Positions 31,308 through 41,625 of a stretch of 64,000 bases of DNA are shown in pieces. Each line of letters begins with the position of its first letter. Position 1 is the first letter of the stretch. The notes below the pieces were generated by a model. It was not told where the DNA came from, did no database searches, and was given only the letters and a program-made list of their open reading frames with translations. Source of the stretch: a virus; IMG/VR virus record IMGVR_UViG_3300028829_002760, positions 1-64,000 of that record, one strand, 5' to 3'. Position numbers and translations under genes: made by a program.

Positions 31308-31986
31308 TTTCTGCTTCTACTTGTTGAATCATTTCAAAATGAATTTTAGCTATTCTATCTCTTCCATCTTCTGCAAGAAGATACTTGTGACAGTTATCTG
31401 AGTTTGTCATAAAGAAGTTTTCTGATAATATAGCAGGCATAGAAGTATGAGCAAGAACCCAAAAGTTAGCTTCTTTGTCAGGATCACCATCAGTACTATC
31501 CTTTCTCATGTATTCTCCTTCAAACTCTCTCATTGATTTCTCAAAAAGAATTGTAGCAATATTATCTGATTTAGTTTCACCTCTTGAAGTATATACCGAC
31601 CATCCATTTGCAGATTCTTTATCAAAACCATTTGCATGTATACTTACATATATACAAGACTTTCCAGAAGACTTAGCAATTGAGTTAGCTTTATCAGTTC
31701 TATAAGACAAGGGTACATCTTCTTGAGTATCTACTAAATTAACAGCATCTATATTATTTGCTTTACATAGATCCATTAATCTATCTACTATAGCTCTATT
31801 AAATTCTCCTTCAAATAACTGTGTACCATCTGGCCACACTGGAGATCTTTTTCCTGGTGTTTGATATACACCATCTATTATTCCACCGTGCCCATTATCA
31901 AATATCCATAAATAATTTGAATCAGGAGGTGTAATTGTAATGTCATACTCTGTTCCACAATTCGGACATGTTACTACTTTGCTCAT
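31297..31986 (-). CDS. Endolysin, N-acetylmuramoyl-L-alanine amidase (Amidase_3)
   Basis: DNGHGG, EGEFN, VSIHAN and PAILSENFFM Zn-amidase motifs. Confidence 0.9.
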   Translation of the reverse strand: MSKVVTCPNCGTEYDITITPPDSNYLWIFDNGHGGIIDGVYQTPGKRSPVWPDGTQLFEGEFNRAIVDRLMDLCKANNIDAVNLVDTQEDVPLSYRTDKANSIAKSSGKSCIYVSIHANGFDKESANGWSVYTSRGETKSDNIATILFEKSMREFEGEYMRKDSTDGDPDKEANFWVLAHTSMPAILSENFFMTNSDNCHKYLLAEDGRDRIAKIHFEMIQQVEAENEI

Positions 31987-31997
31987 TAATTCTTATT

Positions 31998-32453
31998 TTA
32001 AAAAGGTAAAAGGTTTCTTAGGTAGATACCTGCTCCTACACCTATAATTAATACTAACCACCACATTCTACCAACAAATCTTAAAAAGGGACTTGATTTG
32101 TTTTCGATTTTAGTCTGCTTTGTTTCTTCTTTTACTACTTGTACTTTAGATTTTTCTCTAATTCTAATAGTATCTCTAATTAACCTATTTTCTACTCTAA
32201 TTTCTCTAATTGTTTTAGGAACATATATATCTTTATAATATATAACAGTATCTTTTTGAGTATAAAAATGTTCAAATACTATTGTATCATTTTTTATTAC
32301 AGGTATTGAGTCAATAGTTGTAATAGTAATTGTTTGAGACTTATCTGTAACTTCTAAACCTTTTTTAATTGCTTTATTGTAATGCCATTTAGCAGAACAA
32401 CTAGATAAAAGTATAGATATAAAGATTAAATAAAAAAATTTCATACCTCCCAA
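31998..32453 (-). CDS. Lipoprotein, unimolecular-spanin-like
   Basis: Lipobox LLSSC after hydrophobic signal; C-terminal TM helix; beside endolysin. Confidence 0.6.
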   Translation of the reverse strand: MGGMKFFYLIFISILLSSCSAKWHYNKAIKKGLEVTDKSQTITITTIDSIPVIKNDTIVFEHFYTQKDTVIYYKDIYVPKTIREIRVENRLIRDTIRIREKSKVQVVKEETKQTKIENKSSPFLRFVGRMWWLVLIIGVGAGIYLRNLLPF

Positions 32454-32560
32454 TATATAAACACTAAGTCACACTCTGATATAATTTCAGTTATTTTTTC
32501 ATCCATGTTTAAAAATTAAATATACAAGTATTATAGATAATACTGTTGCATATGATACAA

Positions 32561-32779
32561 TCAATCTTTTTTATTAATCTTAAAAAGATTCATAAACACT
32601 CCTTCTAATAAAGTATCTCGAGCAGTTAAAAACACCCATCCTAATATTGCTACTGAAGCAGTTTCCATAATAGAAACATCATATCCTTTGACTTTACTAA
32701 GTACATACATAGTAATTGCTGTAAGCATTAATATAGCACCTATTGAAGTTGTTAACCAATTTTGCAAACGTTGTTTCAT
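32561..32779 (-). CDS. Putative holin
   Basis: 72 aa, two TM helices, basic C-terminus, in lysis cluster. Confidence 0.6.
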   Translation of the reverse strand: MKQRLQNWLTTSIGAILMLTAITMYVLSKVKGYDVSIMETASVAILGWVFLTARDTLLEGVFMNLFKINKKD

Positions 32780-32783
32780 GATT

Positions 32784-33137
32784 TTATTTTTTATTAATTT
32801 CTGTAGTTAGTTCATGAATAGCTTTAATTATACGCATTTCCATGTCTCCCATTTCTTTTTTAAGATCTGATACAGAGTTTTCATTTTTTTCTCTATTGTG
32901 TTCAACAGTTTTTTTAAGACTAGTAATTCTTAATTGAGCTGTTTTTATATCATCTTCCATGTTTGATATTTTAAGTTGCTGCATTTCTACAGAACCTTTT
33001 AGCTTAAACCACACACCTAACGCACTAACTATTCCAGAGATTAGAGCTATAGTTATTTCCATTGATATTTTAAACCCATCCATTTTTAATAATTTTACTA
33101 TTCTCTTACTACAAGTTGATAAGAAGGTATTATACAA
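32784..33137 (-). CDS. Membrane-anchored coiled-coil protein (lysis cluster; true start likely downstream Met)
   Basis: One TM segment followed by coiled coil. Confidence 0.5.
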   Translation of the reverse strand: MYNTFLSTCSKRIVKLLKMDGFKISMEITIALISGIVSALGVWFKLKGSVEMQQLKISNMEDDIKTAQLRITSLKKTVEHNREKNENSVSDLKKEMGDMEMRIIKAIHELTTEINKK

Positions 33138-35746
33138 TCATTAGGACCACCAGAAGCAATTCTTAGTTCTAGCTTATCCCCATTATTAAATAATGTTCCA
33201 TAATTTATAGCAACAGTTGCTTCTTGTAATACAACAGCACCTCCTGAATCAAGTTGTACTGAAACTTCACTACCAGGTAACTCTACAGGACCTGTTCCAG
33301 AATCTTTCCATAATGTTACACTATATGTATCATCATTACCATTACTGTTTATAGTTACTGATGCATGTATTGAACAATATACTTGTTTTGTTCCAAAATA
33401 TTCAATTTCACCACCAGTAGATGTGCCAAATCTTACTGCAGCTTGAGGAGATACGGTAGTAGCAGTTATTGCAATAGGGGTTAAACTTGCAGCTGTTAGA
33501 AGTGCATTATTATTTAATGTAGCAACTATACCACTTGTTGAATTTAATAGTCCTTGATTAGCAAATATATCATAGCCATAAGTTGCACCTATTGAATATT
33601 CAGGTAAACCAGTTAAACCTTGTGGTTTAAATACTTTTCCTGTTGTTAGTCCTACATTTATAAAAGCACTTGATGAAATTGTTCCAAAACCAGTAGTAGA
33701 TGCATTATTAATGTCAATACCTGCTTGTGTCTGTTGTGGATGTATTATTCCACCATTTATATTTACTGCTCCAAATCCAGGACCCCCTGCATTGTCTAAT
33801 AGCTCAATCATTGATGCAGTAGAGTAACTAGCAACTTCCCAATCAACTCCTATTGAAGTGCTTGGTTGAACACCATTATTTGTCAATGCTTTATAAAATG
33901 TTGGCCCTTCTGTTACAATATCTCCTATAGAATAAACAGCAGGAGTCCAAACTCCTAAACTATTAGCTATGTTTGTTTCATCAAACCATCTTACATACTC
34001 ACAAGAGCTTAACTGTAATTTAGATACATTTTTAAATTGACAACCTATGGTAGTGGCTTTAATATACCAAACAAGTGTATTCTGAATATCAACTAAATCA
34101 AATCCTTCTATATACCAAACATCAAAACAGTTTCTAAATTGACAGTTAATAAGAGTTAATACTTTATCTCTTCCTGAATTGTATTCAGCAGCATCATAGT
34201 TAATTGCTCTTAATGCAACTGTACCTGCTGTGTCATTAGTTGATGAAATTTTAAGATTTGACATTTCAAAACTTTCATCTTCAACAGTTATAAGATCACC
34301 AACTGTATTTAGACCTGTAAAATTTAAACTATCTTCATCTCTATTCCAGCCCTTTATAGATATACCAGGACTATCAACTATTAATCTACCAGTTATATTT
34401 ACTGCTCCTCTTACAAAATAAGTAGTATTTGAAGTTAATACTCTTGCACCACCTGGAAAGCCTGGACCAAAATCTGATTCTTGTGAGACCTCAATCATAT
34501 TAGCCCCATTAATTGTTGATGTAAATACACTTCCAGGTATATCAACAGTAACTTCAGGATTAACTCCACCAAGTGAAGTTACTGTACTACCCTCTCCTGT
34601 AAAGTTAATTCCGCTAACAGAAGGTTCTATACCTACACCATCTTCTTTAATTTCTAATAAAGAATCTATAGATACATCAATTTTATTATTTAATGTATCA
34701 TCAACAGCATCTACTTTGGTATTTTTACCATTTAAAAAATTAATTCTTGCCGTATCACCTACTACATTGTCATTTTCTAATATATCTACAGTAGCTACAT
34801 TAGTACTAGGTCCATATCCAGTTGATAATTTTATTTCATCAAATGCTATCTCTACAGGATCAAATCCTGATAAATTTGGCCATAAAGTAAAGTTGATAAA
34901 TCCAATAGTAGTACGAGTTGCCCGATTTGCTGCAAATAAAGCTGTAGGTATACTAACTAACTGCCATTGACCAGTTAGAGTAAAGTCACAATAATTTTCA
35001 AACCTTGCATAACCAATATAGTCTGAACTTGTCACTGAGTTATCAGAATACATAAATATATACCCTCTTTGTTTACCTGCAGCTATTATATTAACTGGTA
35101 AGTAAACCCAAAAACTTAATTGAACATAATCATCTCTATTAACAGGTGTACCTGTAGAAAATCTTATACCACGAGTAGAACCGTACCTACCTATTTCAGC
35201 AAGAACACATTCAGTTCCTTGATATGGAGAAGGTGTTAATGATGAAAAGTTTGCAGTATTATTAGTACCATTAGTAGAAGGAGTCCAATCAGGAGCTGAT
35301 CCTTCTCTATAGATATATTCTGTAACTATATTAGGTGTAGTTGCATTAGTCCCAACTAATATATATTGTACTAAAACTTGATCTTCTCCAATTGCTGGAG
35401 TAATTGGAGTTGCTGCTGGAGTACCTTGAACAACAGAAACTATTTGCGTCTCATCTACAACTATAGCATCAAATCTAGGATTTGCAGGATCACCTACAAG
35501 AAGAGTTACTGAAGTAGGTACAGAATTATACTGTACTCCTGCAATAATATATACTAATGCTGATACATCAAAATCTAATCCTGTACCAGAATAAACAGCT
35601 CCACCAGATATTAATTGATTACCACTAGGAGTTCCAATACTAACATCTGCTAAAGTTGCATATGCATTTGATAATGATGGACTATTGGCAGAAATAGCTG
35701 CCTCATAATTTTCATTAGGTAAATTTCTGTCTATATTAGTCTTCAT
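33098..35746 (-). CDS. Tail spike/fibre with carbohydrate-binding and beta-helix-like segments
   Basis: 882 aa; GDPANPRFDAIV anchor motif, QWQLVSIP..FDEIKL CBM-like segment, beta-helix-like repeats. Confidence 0.55.
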   Translation of the reverse strand: MKTNIDRNLPNENYEAAISANSPSLSNAYATLADVSIGTPSGNQLISGGAVYSGTGLDFDVSALVYIIAGVQYNSVPTSVTLLVGDPANPRFDAIVVDETQIVSVVQGTPAATPITPAIGEDQVLVQYILVGTNATTPNIVTEYIYREGSAPDWTPSTNGTNNTANFSSLTPSPYQGTECVLAEIGRYGSTRGIRFSTGTPVNRDDYVQLSFWVYLPVNIIAAGKQRGYIFMYSDNSVTSSDYIGYARFENYCDFTLTGQWQLVSIPTALFAANRATRTTIGFINFTLWPNLSGFDPVEIAFDEIKLSTGYGPSTNVATVDILENDNVVGDTARINFLNGKNTKVDAVDDTLNNKIDVSIDSLLEIKEDGVGIEPSVSGINFTGEGSTVTSLGGVNPEVTVDIPGSVFTSTINGANMIEVSQESDFGPGFPGGARVLTSNTTYFVRGAVNITGRLIVDSPGISIKGWNRDEDSLNFTGLNTVGDLITVEDESFEMSNLKISSTNDTAGTVALRAINYDAAEYNSGRDKVLTLINCQFRNCFDVWYIEGFDLVDIQNTLVWYIKATTIGCQFKNVSKLQLSSCEYVRWFDETNIANSLGVWTPAVYSIGDIVTEGPTFYKALTNNGVQPSTSIGVDWEVASYSTASMIELLDNAGGPGFGAVNINGGIIHPQQTQAGIDINNASTTGFGTISSSAFINVGLTTGKVFKPQGLTGLPEYSIGATYGYDIFANQGLLNSTSGIVATLNNNALLTAASLTPIAITATTVSPQAAVRFGTSTGGEIEYFGTKQVYCSIHASVTINSNGNDDTYSVTLWKDSGTGPVELPGSEVSVQLDSGGAVVLQEATVAINYGTLFNNGDKLELRIASGGPNDCIIPSYQLVVRE

Positions 35747-35749
35747 ATA

Positions 35750-36349
35750 TTAAGAGTTATATGTTATAACTAAAGATCCACTTGGACCAGCCGTTACTGT
35801 ATCATATTCAAATGTATTTGCAGAATAGAAATTATTAATACTTCCTGCATCCATGCTAATTGTAACACCTGCTGGAATAGTTTCAAATGAAGCACCCGAA
35901 TCAAATGATACTAATGTAGGTACTGAACCATTATTAAAAAATGATATAGAATAAACTGAAACTGCAATAGCTGTAGCTGCATCTCCTGTGGATGCAATAA
36001 AATTAGGAGTTACAGAAATAGGGGTAGCTGAACCAGAAGAACTTAAATAACTAATAGTACATCCAGAATAATCTGCTGGATCTGGAGTAATGCTCCCTGG
36101 TTCATAATATTGAACAGTTGTAAAACCCCCCGTTGTAGTATCAAAAATTCTAACTTCTAATCTAAGTATTTCTCCTGCTGGTGGTACTGGCCCTGCACAA
36201 GTTATACTTACTAACTCAGCTTCATATTCTTTCCCACCTGTTACGATAGAAGAAGCAATTTTATCTAACCCAAGTAATACCTTGTATTGCCAAGGCCAAT
36301 TATTACCTTTGAGACCACTGTTTTTTAAATCTCCAATGCTGTTTGACAT
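35750..36349 (-). CDS. Hypothetical structural protein
   Basis: 199 aa, Ser/Thr-rich, beta-strand pattern. Confidence 0.5.
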   Translation of the reverse strand: MSNSIGDLKNSGLKGNNWPWQYKVLLGLDKIASSIVTGGKEYEAELVSITCAGPVPPAGEILRLEVRIFDTTTGGFTTVQYYEPGSITPDPADYSGCTISYLSSSGSATPISVTPNFIASTGDAATAIAVSVYSISFFNNGSVPTLVSFDSGASFETIPAGVTISMDAGSINNFYSANTFEYDTVTAGPSGSLVITYNS

Positions 36350-36357
36350 AGCTTATA

Positions 36358-36597
36358 TTATTTTATGACTCTTACTTCACCTGTAGGAAGACTATAAAGA
36401 TCTCCTTTTTTTAATCCAGCTGCTAAAGCAGCAGTATCATTTGCATATTCTCTAGCCGATACTTTAATGCCAAAATCAAGCATAAATTTAGCTACTGATC
36501 TATTAAGGTATTGAGATATTTGAGTTAATCTTGATCTATATTCTGGCATTACACCAGTTGCATTATCATCATTTTCAAATTCTTTGAGAGTTGCCAT
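36358..36597 (-). CDS. Hypothetical protein with YANDTAALAAGL..GDLY fibre-tip-like motif
   Basis: Motif recurrent in phage fibre proteins. Confidence 0.5.
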   Translation of the reverse strand: MATLKEFENDDNATGVMPEYRSRLTQISQYLNRSVAKFMLDFGIKVSAREYANDTAALAAGLKKGDLYSLPTGEVRVIK

Positions 36598-36702
36598 GAT
36601 ATAAATATTTTTTAGTTACTAATATAATATACAAAAAAATATCTAAATAACAAAATCCCCAGAGTTTAATCTAGGGATTCATATCTACAGTATTTAAGTA
36701 AT

Positions 36703-36900
36703 TTATAGTATAGCGGCACCTACAAAAAAGCTTATGATACACATTATTAAAACTATAAATCTAGACATAGTTTTACCATAATGATCTTCCTCATAAACAT
36801 TAGACATTTTATTGTAAATAGGTTTATTCAAAGTATCTTGTATAAAAAACAAAATACATAATATTATAAAGCTTCCTAAAAGAATAATAAATTTTACCAT
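36703..36900 (-). CDS. Small two-TM membrane protein
   Basis: 65 aa with two hydrophobic segments. Confidence 0.55.
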   Translation of the reverse strand: MVKFIILLGSFIILCILFFIQDTLNKPIYNKMSNVYEEDHYGKTMSRFIVLIMCIISFFVGAAIL

Positions 36901-37172
36901 ATTATAGCTATTGCATTATCAGGAATAAGAATTTTCATTTTTCCTTCAACCTCTACTTTTTCTCCAGTTTCTAAAGCATAAGACTGAGCATATACCATAT
37001 CCCCCTTTTTAACATCTTCTACTTCATTTCCTACAGCAAATACTTCTAAAGATTGCCATTTCTTCATTGCATCTTGCATCATCATTTCTTCATCTTTTTC
37101 AGAAATTGAAATACTTGATTTTTTTAATTCTGGTATTGTAACCAAAACTCTTTTTCCTCTTAAATTTTTCAT
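36894..37172 (-). CDS. groES: GroES-like co-chaperonin
   Basis: LRGKRVLV, EVFAVG..VKKGDMV, GEKVEVEG, terminal IAI. Confidence 0.8.
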   Translation of the reverse strand: MKNLRGKRVLVTIPELKKSSISISEKDEEMMMQDAMKKWQSLEVFAVGNEVEDVKKGDMVYAQSYALETGEKVEVEGKMKILIPDNAIAIIW

Positions 37173-37187
37173 TTAAATAAATTTATA

Positions 37188-37376
37188 TTAAGCATCATAC
37201 TTTTGAAAAGAGCCTGGTTTAGAAGGTTTTAATTCTTGAGTATTTTCTGTAATTAGTGTGAATTTAATTCTTTCTAGTACACCTACTAAGGCTAGATTAC
37301 CGTAAGCTTCTTCATCAATTTTTATTTCTAAACCTGATTCTGTTGCTTCTACTGATAATAAGATCTTTTCTCCCAT
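37188..37376 (-). CDS. Hypothetical protein
   Basis: 62 aa; upstream TATATTTG promoter-like motif. Confidence 0.6.
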   Translation of the reverse strand: MGEKILLSVEATESGLEIKIDEEAYGNLALVGVLERIKFTLITENTQELKPSKPGSFQKYDA

Positions 37377-37513
37377 AATGCTATTTGTTGGTTCTACAAA
37401 TATATAAATTTTATTTGTTTAAACTATAAACCCCAGATAAAAATATCTAGGGCTTATATACAGAAATCAGAATGTATGGAAAATTAGATAGTGTAAATCT
37501 AATAAATTTTTTT

Positions 37514-38401
37514 TTAAATAGGAAACAATTTACTATCAACTTTTTTTATAGTCATAGGTTTTGATTCTTTAACTGTAAGCTCTAAAATTCTACCACCTAA
37601 TGGTTTTGGTGGAGCACCTCTCTCAACATGCCACCCTTTACTTCCATCTTCGTATTCTTCTTTATACGTTCCAGTAATGCAATGATGTATTTGTTTATGT
37701 TTTAATCTATATCCTGTATTTGCCCGATATTCTAAATCTTCTCTAACATCATTACGAGATGCATTCTCATGTATATGCCCCATAGAAAAAATATCCATTC
37801 CTTCATACATCTCTAACGCTCTTGTCAAATTAAGAGCCCCCTTGGTAACAACCCCTCCCCCACCAGATCCGTGAAAGTATTTATGTTTAAATGAAGCTGT
37901 CTTAGGTTTTATAGAGTTTTTCCTTCCTATATCAAGGGTATATACAATCCAGCCGCCATATCCTCCCAACTTAATATCTGTATTATGTTTAAGATTCATC
38001 ATTTGCACAAATCTTTTTAATACATCAGTTTCTTGCCACTTAATAATAGCAGTCTCATGATTACCATAACCTATAACTGTAATTAGATGAGCATAGGGGG
38101 CCCACCATTCTACCGCAGTATCCACAACTGAATCTAAGTAATGAGAATTATTATGTTCGGGGAGAATATCACTCTTATTCTTCCTATTATCTCCTCTACC
38201 TTGCATAAGACAGAACATATCCCCTACTATAACAATAGGTATACTCTCTTTCTTACAATAGTTTAAATGTCTTTTTAATAGTTTTCTGTCACACTTAGGG
38301 TTATCCCAATGTATATCTGATAGTATTGCTATGTATGCTTTATTCCCTGTAAGATATATATTGTGGACATTCTTTTGAATTTCTCTAACTTTCATTGCCA
38401 C
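37514..38401 (-). CDS. Calcineurin-like metallophosphoesterase
   Basis: SDIH, GD, GNHE, FHG and GHIH motifs. Confidence 0.85.
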   Translation of the reverse strand: MAMKVREIQKNVHNIYLTGNKAYIAILSDIHWDNPKCDRKLLKRHLNYCKKESIPIVIVGDMFCLMQGRGDNRKNKSDILPEHNNSHYLDSVVDTAVEWWAPYAHLITVIGYGNHETAIIKWQETDVLKRFVQMMNLKHNTDIKLGGYGGWIVYTLDIGRKNSIKPKTASFKHKYFHGSGGGGVVTKGALNLTRALEMYEGMDIFSMGHIHENASRNDVREDLEYRANTGYRLKHKQIHHCITGTYKEEYEDGSKGWHVERGAPPKPLGGRILELTVKESKPMTIKKVDSKLFPI

Positions 38402-38683
38402 TCATTTGATATATAATAATATACGAAAAAAAGATGAGATTTGCAAAAGTTCTACTTCTATAGGAGGTTTGGTATATGGTCGTGTTGTATATTTGAGGTT
38501 ATGATGAGGCCTTAATAAAAAGACCCCAGGGTTGTACCAGAAGGTTGGTACCCCCCTTTGATTCTATCAGTCTTTTTATGTTTTGTTTCCACAAAACTTT
38601 TTTTTATGCTGAACAAAAAAAAGGTTCTGCATCACAACTAAGCTAACCCAACAACATCATAGTAACATATAAATATTTATACT

Positions 38684-38986
38684 ATGAAATTTAAAAGAAC
38701 AACTTCCAACACTGACTACGTCATTATTGTAAAATGCCCTGTTAAATCTCTTGAAGACAGGATGTACCAGGTAATCCCATCTTCAAATAAATATGATGAA
38801 TTTTTGTTAAATAAGAATTATATAACAAAAATCTTTGGAAAGAAGAAAGACTTCTTGTCCAAATATGAAGATGAATCTTCACACATCATATTTGAAATCA
38901 CCTGGCGTGCATACAAGCAAGGTGATTACAACAACATCAGCATTGATTCATTTGAACTCATTGATGATGAAGAAGAAGACGAATAG
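38684..38986 (+). CDS. Early hypothetical protein
   Basis: 100 aa; terminator GAAGAC..GTCTTC plus T-tract spans the stop. Confidence 0.7.
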   Translation: MKFKRTTSNTDYVIIVKCPVKSLEDRMYQVIPSSNKYDEFLLNKNYITKIFGKKKDFLSKYEDESSHIIFEITWRAYKQGDYNNISIDSFELIDDEEEDE

Positions 38987-39083
38987 TCTTCTTTTTTTTA
39001 ATCAACATCATTATCATCATCACACCTTCTTTTTGCTAACCCAACACTGAAACTGTAAACTAACATTATAAATACATACTAAG

Positions 39084-39446
39084 ATGGAACAAAAATTTAT
39101 TGACATTAACGGAAATCAGGTTATGGATCTTACACCTGATTATAACAGACCATTAGCATTGGTCGACTTACAAGTTCTCAACAAGTTAACTGATTTACTG
39201 GGTAAGAAACCCTTTAGTACTATCAGACATGAGTTGAGAAGCAAGATCATGAATACTGAAAACTTGGAAGAATTGGTACAGGTTACTGAAGACTTCACAG
39301 CATTTCATCAATCAGTAAACCTCATTAAGAAAGTTACCTCAAATGAAATTACTGAAGAAGAAGTAACTGATGAAGTACCAGATGAAGGGCCAATGGTAGT
39401 AGGTAGGATTGATCTTGATGGTGATATGGTATCTCCCATAGCTTAG
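39084..39446 (+). CDS. Early hypothetical protein
   Basis: 120 aa; hairpin AACAGAACAG..CTGTTCTGTT at about 39472-39504. Confidence 0.7.
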   Translation: MEQKFIDINGNQVMDLTPDYNRPLALVDLQVLNKLTDLLGKKPFSTIRHELRSKIMNTENLEELVQVTEDFTAFHQSVNLIKKVTSNEITEEEVTDEVPDEGPMVVGRIDLDGDMVSPIA

Positions 39447-39580
39447 AACCACCATCATTATTAACTAAATAGAACAGAACAGGGAAATAAATCTCTGTTC
39501 TGTTTATCATTCCCCTTTTTTTTGCTAACCCTTACCTGAGACTGAAACATTAATTAAATACATAAATTAAAAACAGAATT

Positions 39581-40039
39581 ATGAATACAAATCTGAAAGC
39601 AAAAAGAGTAGGAAACTACGTAAGAAAAGATGGAGACCATCAAGGGAAAACATTCTACATCTATGAAATCAATGGACCAAAAGATGAACTAGAAAAATTT
39701 GTCAAATCACCATCTCAGAAGAAGTGGCCGAGAAAGAACAAACTAACTGGAGCACCTCAAATCCACACAATGTACATGGACCCATTAAGAAAAGAAAATC
39801 CTCTATATGAGAAACAAGATGGGAACTACACATTAGATAAGTCAGAAACACGTGATGATTTAGGAGTACTATCAGCACTGAGAAATGAAGCACCTGAACT
39901 TGTGGAATCATTCACAAACAACTTAGCAGAAAGATGCTGGGGATCAGGAAAAGCATCATCAGCAACAGGAGCACTAATCTTGGGAACAACACCTGAAACT
40001 GAACCAAGTAAGGAAGCTGACCTGGGTAAGGTAGAGTAA
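39581..40039 (+). CDS. Early hypothetical protein
   Basis: 152 aa; long hairpin at about 40062-40102. Confidence 0.7.
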   Translation: MNTNLKAKRVGNYVRKDGDHQGKTFYIYEINGPKDELEKFVKSPSQKKWPRKNKLTGAPQIHTMYMDPLRKENPLYEKQDGNYTLDKSETRDDLGVLSALRNEAPELVESFTNNLAERCWGSGKASSATGALILGTTPETEPSKEADLGKVE

Positions 40040-40443
40040 AATCAATAACAACATGTTTCACAATAAGGACAGGGTACACATTATGTGTGCTCTGTTCTTA
40101 TTATTATCATCATAAACATATCCTCTTATTTGCTAACCCTTCACTACATTTGGGAACAATACTGACGTATTGTTTTTTTTGCAGGATGTAAATAGATTAT
40201 TGTTAAATAATCTTGTGTATATTAATTTACCACAAGGTTATTCCTACAGAAGTAGTTGAAATAAGTTTACTCAAAGAAATTAACAGAAAACAATTGGCAG
40301 AAATCTGTTTATGTGTGTTTATGTTTGTTTGTGAGTACAAACCCCACTCAATATTCATTACTCAATAACATCTAGCATAATCTCATTATTACATATTATA
40401 CTATTAATATATATAGCTAACTTATAACTAAATACAAATAACA

Positions 40444-40671
40444 ATGGCAGGAAAAAACACTTACTATGGTATTGGAGATATTATACCTTTGCATCTTATA
40501 GAGACTATTAAGGATTATTATAATAAAGTAGGAACTAATAGCTTCTGGGATTTTATCTACCACGGAGGATTTGAAAATTATGCAATGGCATATATTCATC
40601 CGTGTGATGAAATGCGTGATACTCCAATGTTTCACGAAATACAACAAGCATATATTAGTGCTTATGTATAG
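40444..40671 (+). CDS. Hypothetical protein
   Basis: 75 aa with A-rich leader. Confidence 0.55.
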   Translation: MAGKNTYYGIGDIIPLHLIETIKDYYNKVGTNSFWDFIYHGGFENYAMAYIHPCDEMRDTPMFHEIQQAYISAYV

Positions 40672-40736
40672 GAGATATTACTTAAAAAGTATCCAGAGAT
40701 TTGTATATAAAAATACTAAATCTAAATAATAGGAGA

Positions 40737-41333
40737 TGTCTTTACTCCTTTCTTTAAAGACAATTAAATCTAATTACTTCATTCTAATATGCTGAATAGA
40801 CCTGACTAGTCTTTAATAAGAATGATTATGTAGTTTACAAATAGTAGGACGTACCGAGAACCTTTAGCAAGTTCTGTAGTCCCTTAGCCTTATATCTTTC
40901 CTATGTTGGTAGCTTAGTGGAAAGATTATATTAATTCCTACGAAGTTCTTTCTTATAGTTTACTAGTAAAGGTTATGCCTGTAGGTGCGTAATCTTTACT
41001 TATATAAATTTATCCTACCTCAATTGTTTAATAGACAATAAATAGCTTGGGGAAGTTAGAGGTAGGATAGATTTTACATTAGAAAGGCTGTAAGTGTTAT
41101 TTAACACATAGTAGTATTTATACTGCAACAGCGTATACCTAAGCAAGTAGATAAACTGCTTAAACTTCTTAAACCAAAATGTCAGTTCCTACTCTTTAAC
41201 TAAAAGAGAGATAAAACATAGATAATTTTTATAACTGTTATTAAGACAAGTCTACTGACCGTCAACAGTTCTGGTTTATTATCCGTGTTTATCATTTAAC
41301 TTGGAGAGAGATGAATAATAGTAGTCTCTCTCC
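40737..41333 (+). ncRNA. ORF-free region of about ten consecutive hairpins; candidate structured ncRNA(s)
   Basis: e.g. 14-bp stem 40965-41000 with 2 G-U, 16-bp stem 41006-41074, stems 40891-40930 and 41303-41333. Confidence 0.55.
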
Positions 41334-41376
41334 ATAATTAAAACGTTATCATTGAAACCAAATAATACATATATAT

Positions 41377-41619
41377 ATGAATACAGTAATGATTACAACA
41401 GGAAAAGCAGATGCAATTAATGTATTTTGTGAAGAAATGAATACAATTGATTTTAAATTAATTGATTTACAACAAAAGCTCTATAATATAGAGTTAACCC
41501 AAAACCAAATTAATAAGATATGTGCTATGTCTTATTTAGACAAAATTTGGTTAATAGCACAATATAAGAAAGATATTAGAGTGACTGAAACGTCTCCTGA
41601 TTTATCTATTTTATATTAA
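41377..41619 (+). CDS. Hypothetical protein
   Basis: 80 aa ORF. Confidence 0.55.
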   Translation: MNTVMITTGKADAINVFCEEMNTIDFKLIDLQQKLYNIELTQNQINKICAMSYLDKIWLIAQYKKDIRVTETSPDLSILY

Positions 41620-41625
41620 GATCTT

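Larger units (their letters stand above)
38642..40139 (+). promoter_or_regulatory. Four copies of (TTT)GCTAACCC, candidate early promoters
   Basis: At 38642, 39035, 39524 and 40132; first three lie 42-57 nt before an ATG. Confidence 0.65.

Noticed and set aside
4107-34970. Short plus-strand ORFs within the structural arm (e.g. 4107, 8297, 10094, 22999, 26034, 29688)
   Set aside because: Antisense shadows of long, motif-supported genes
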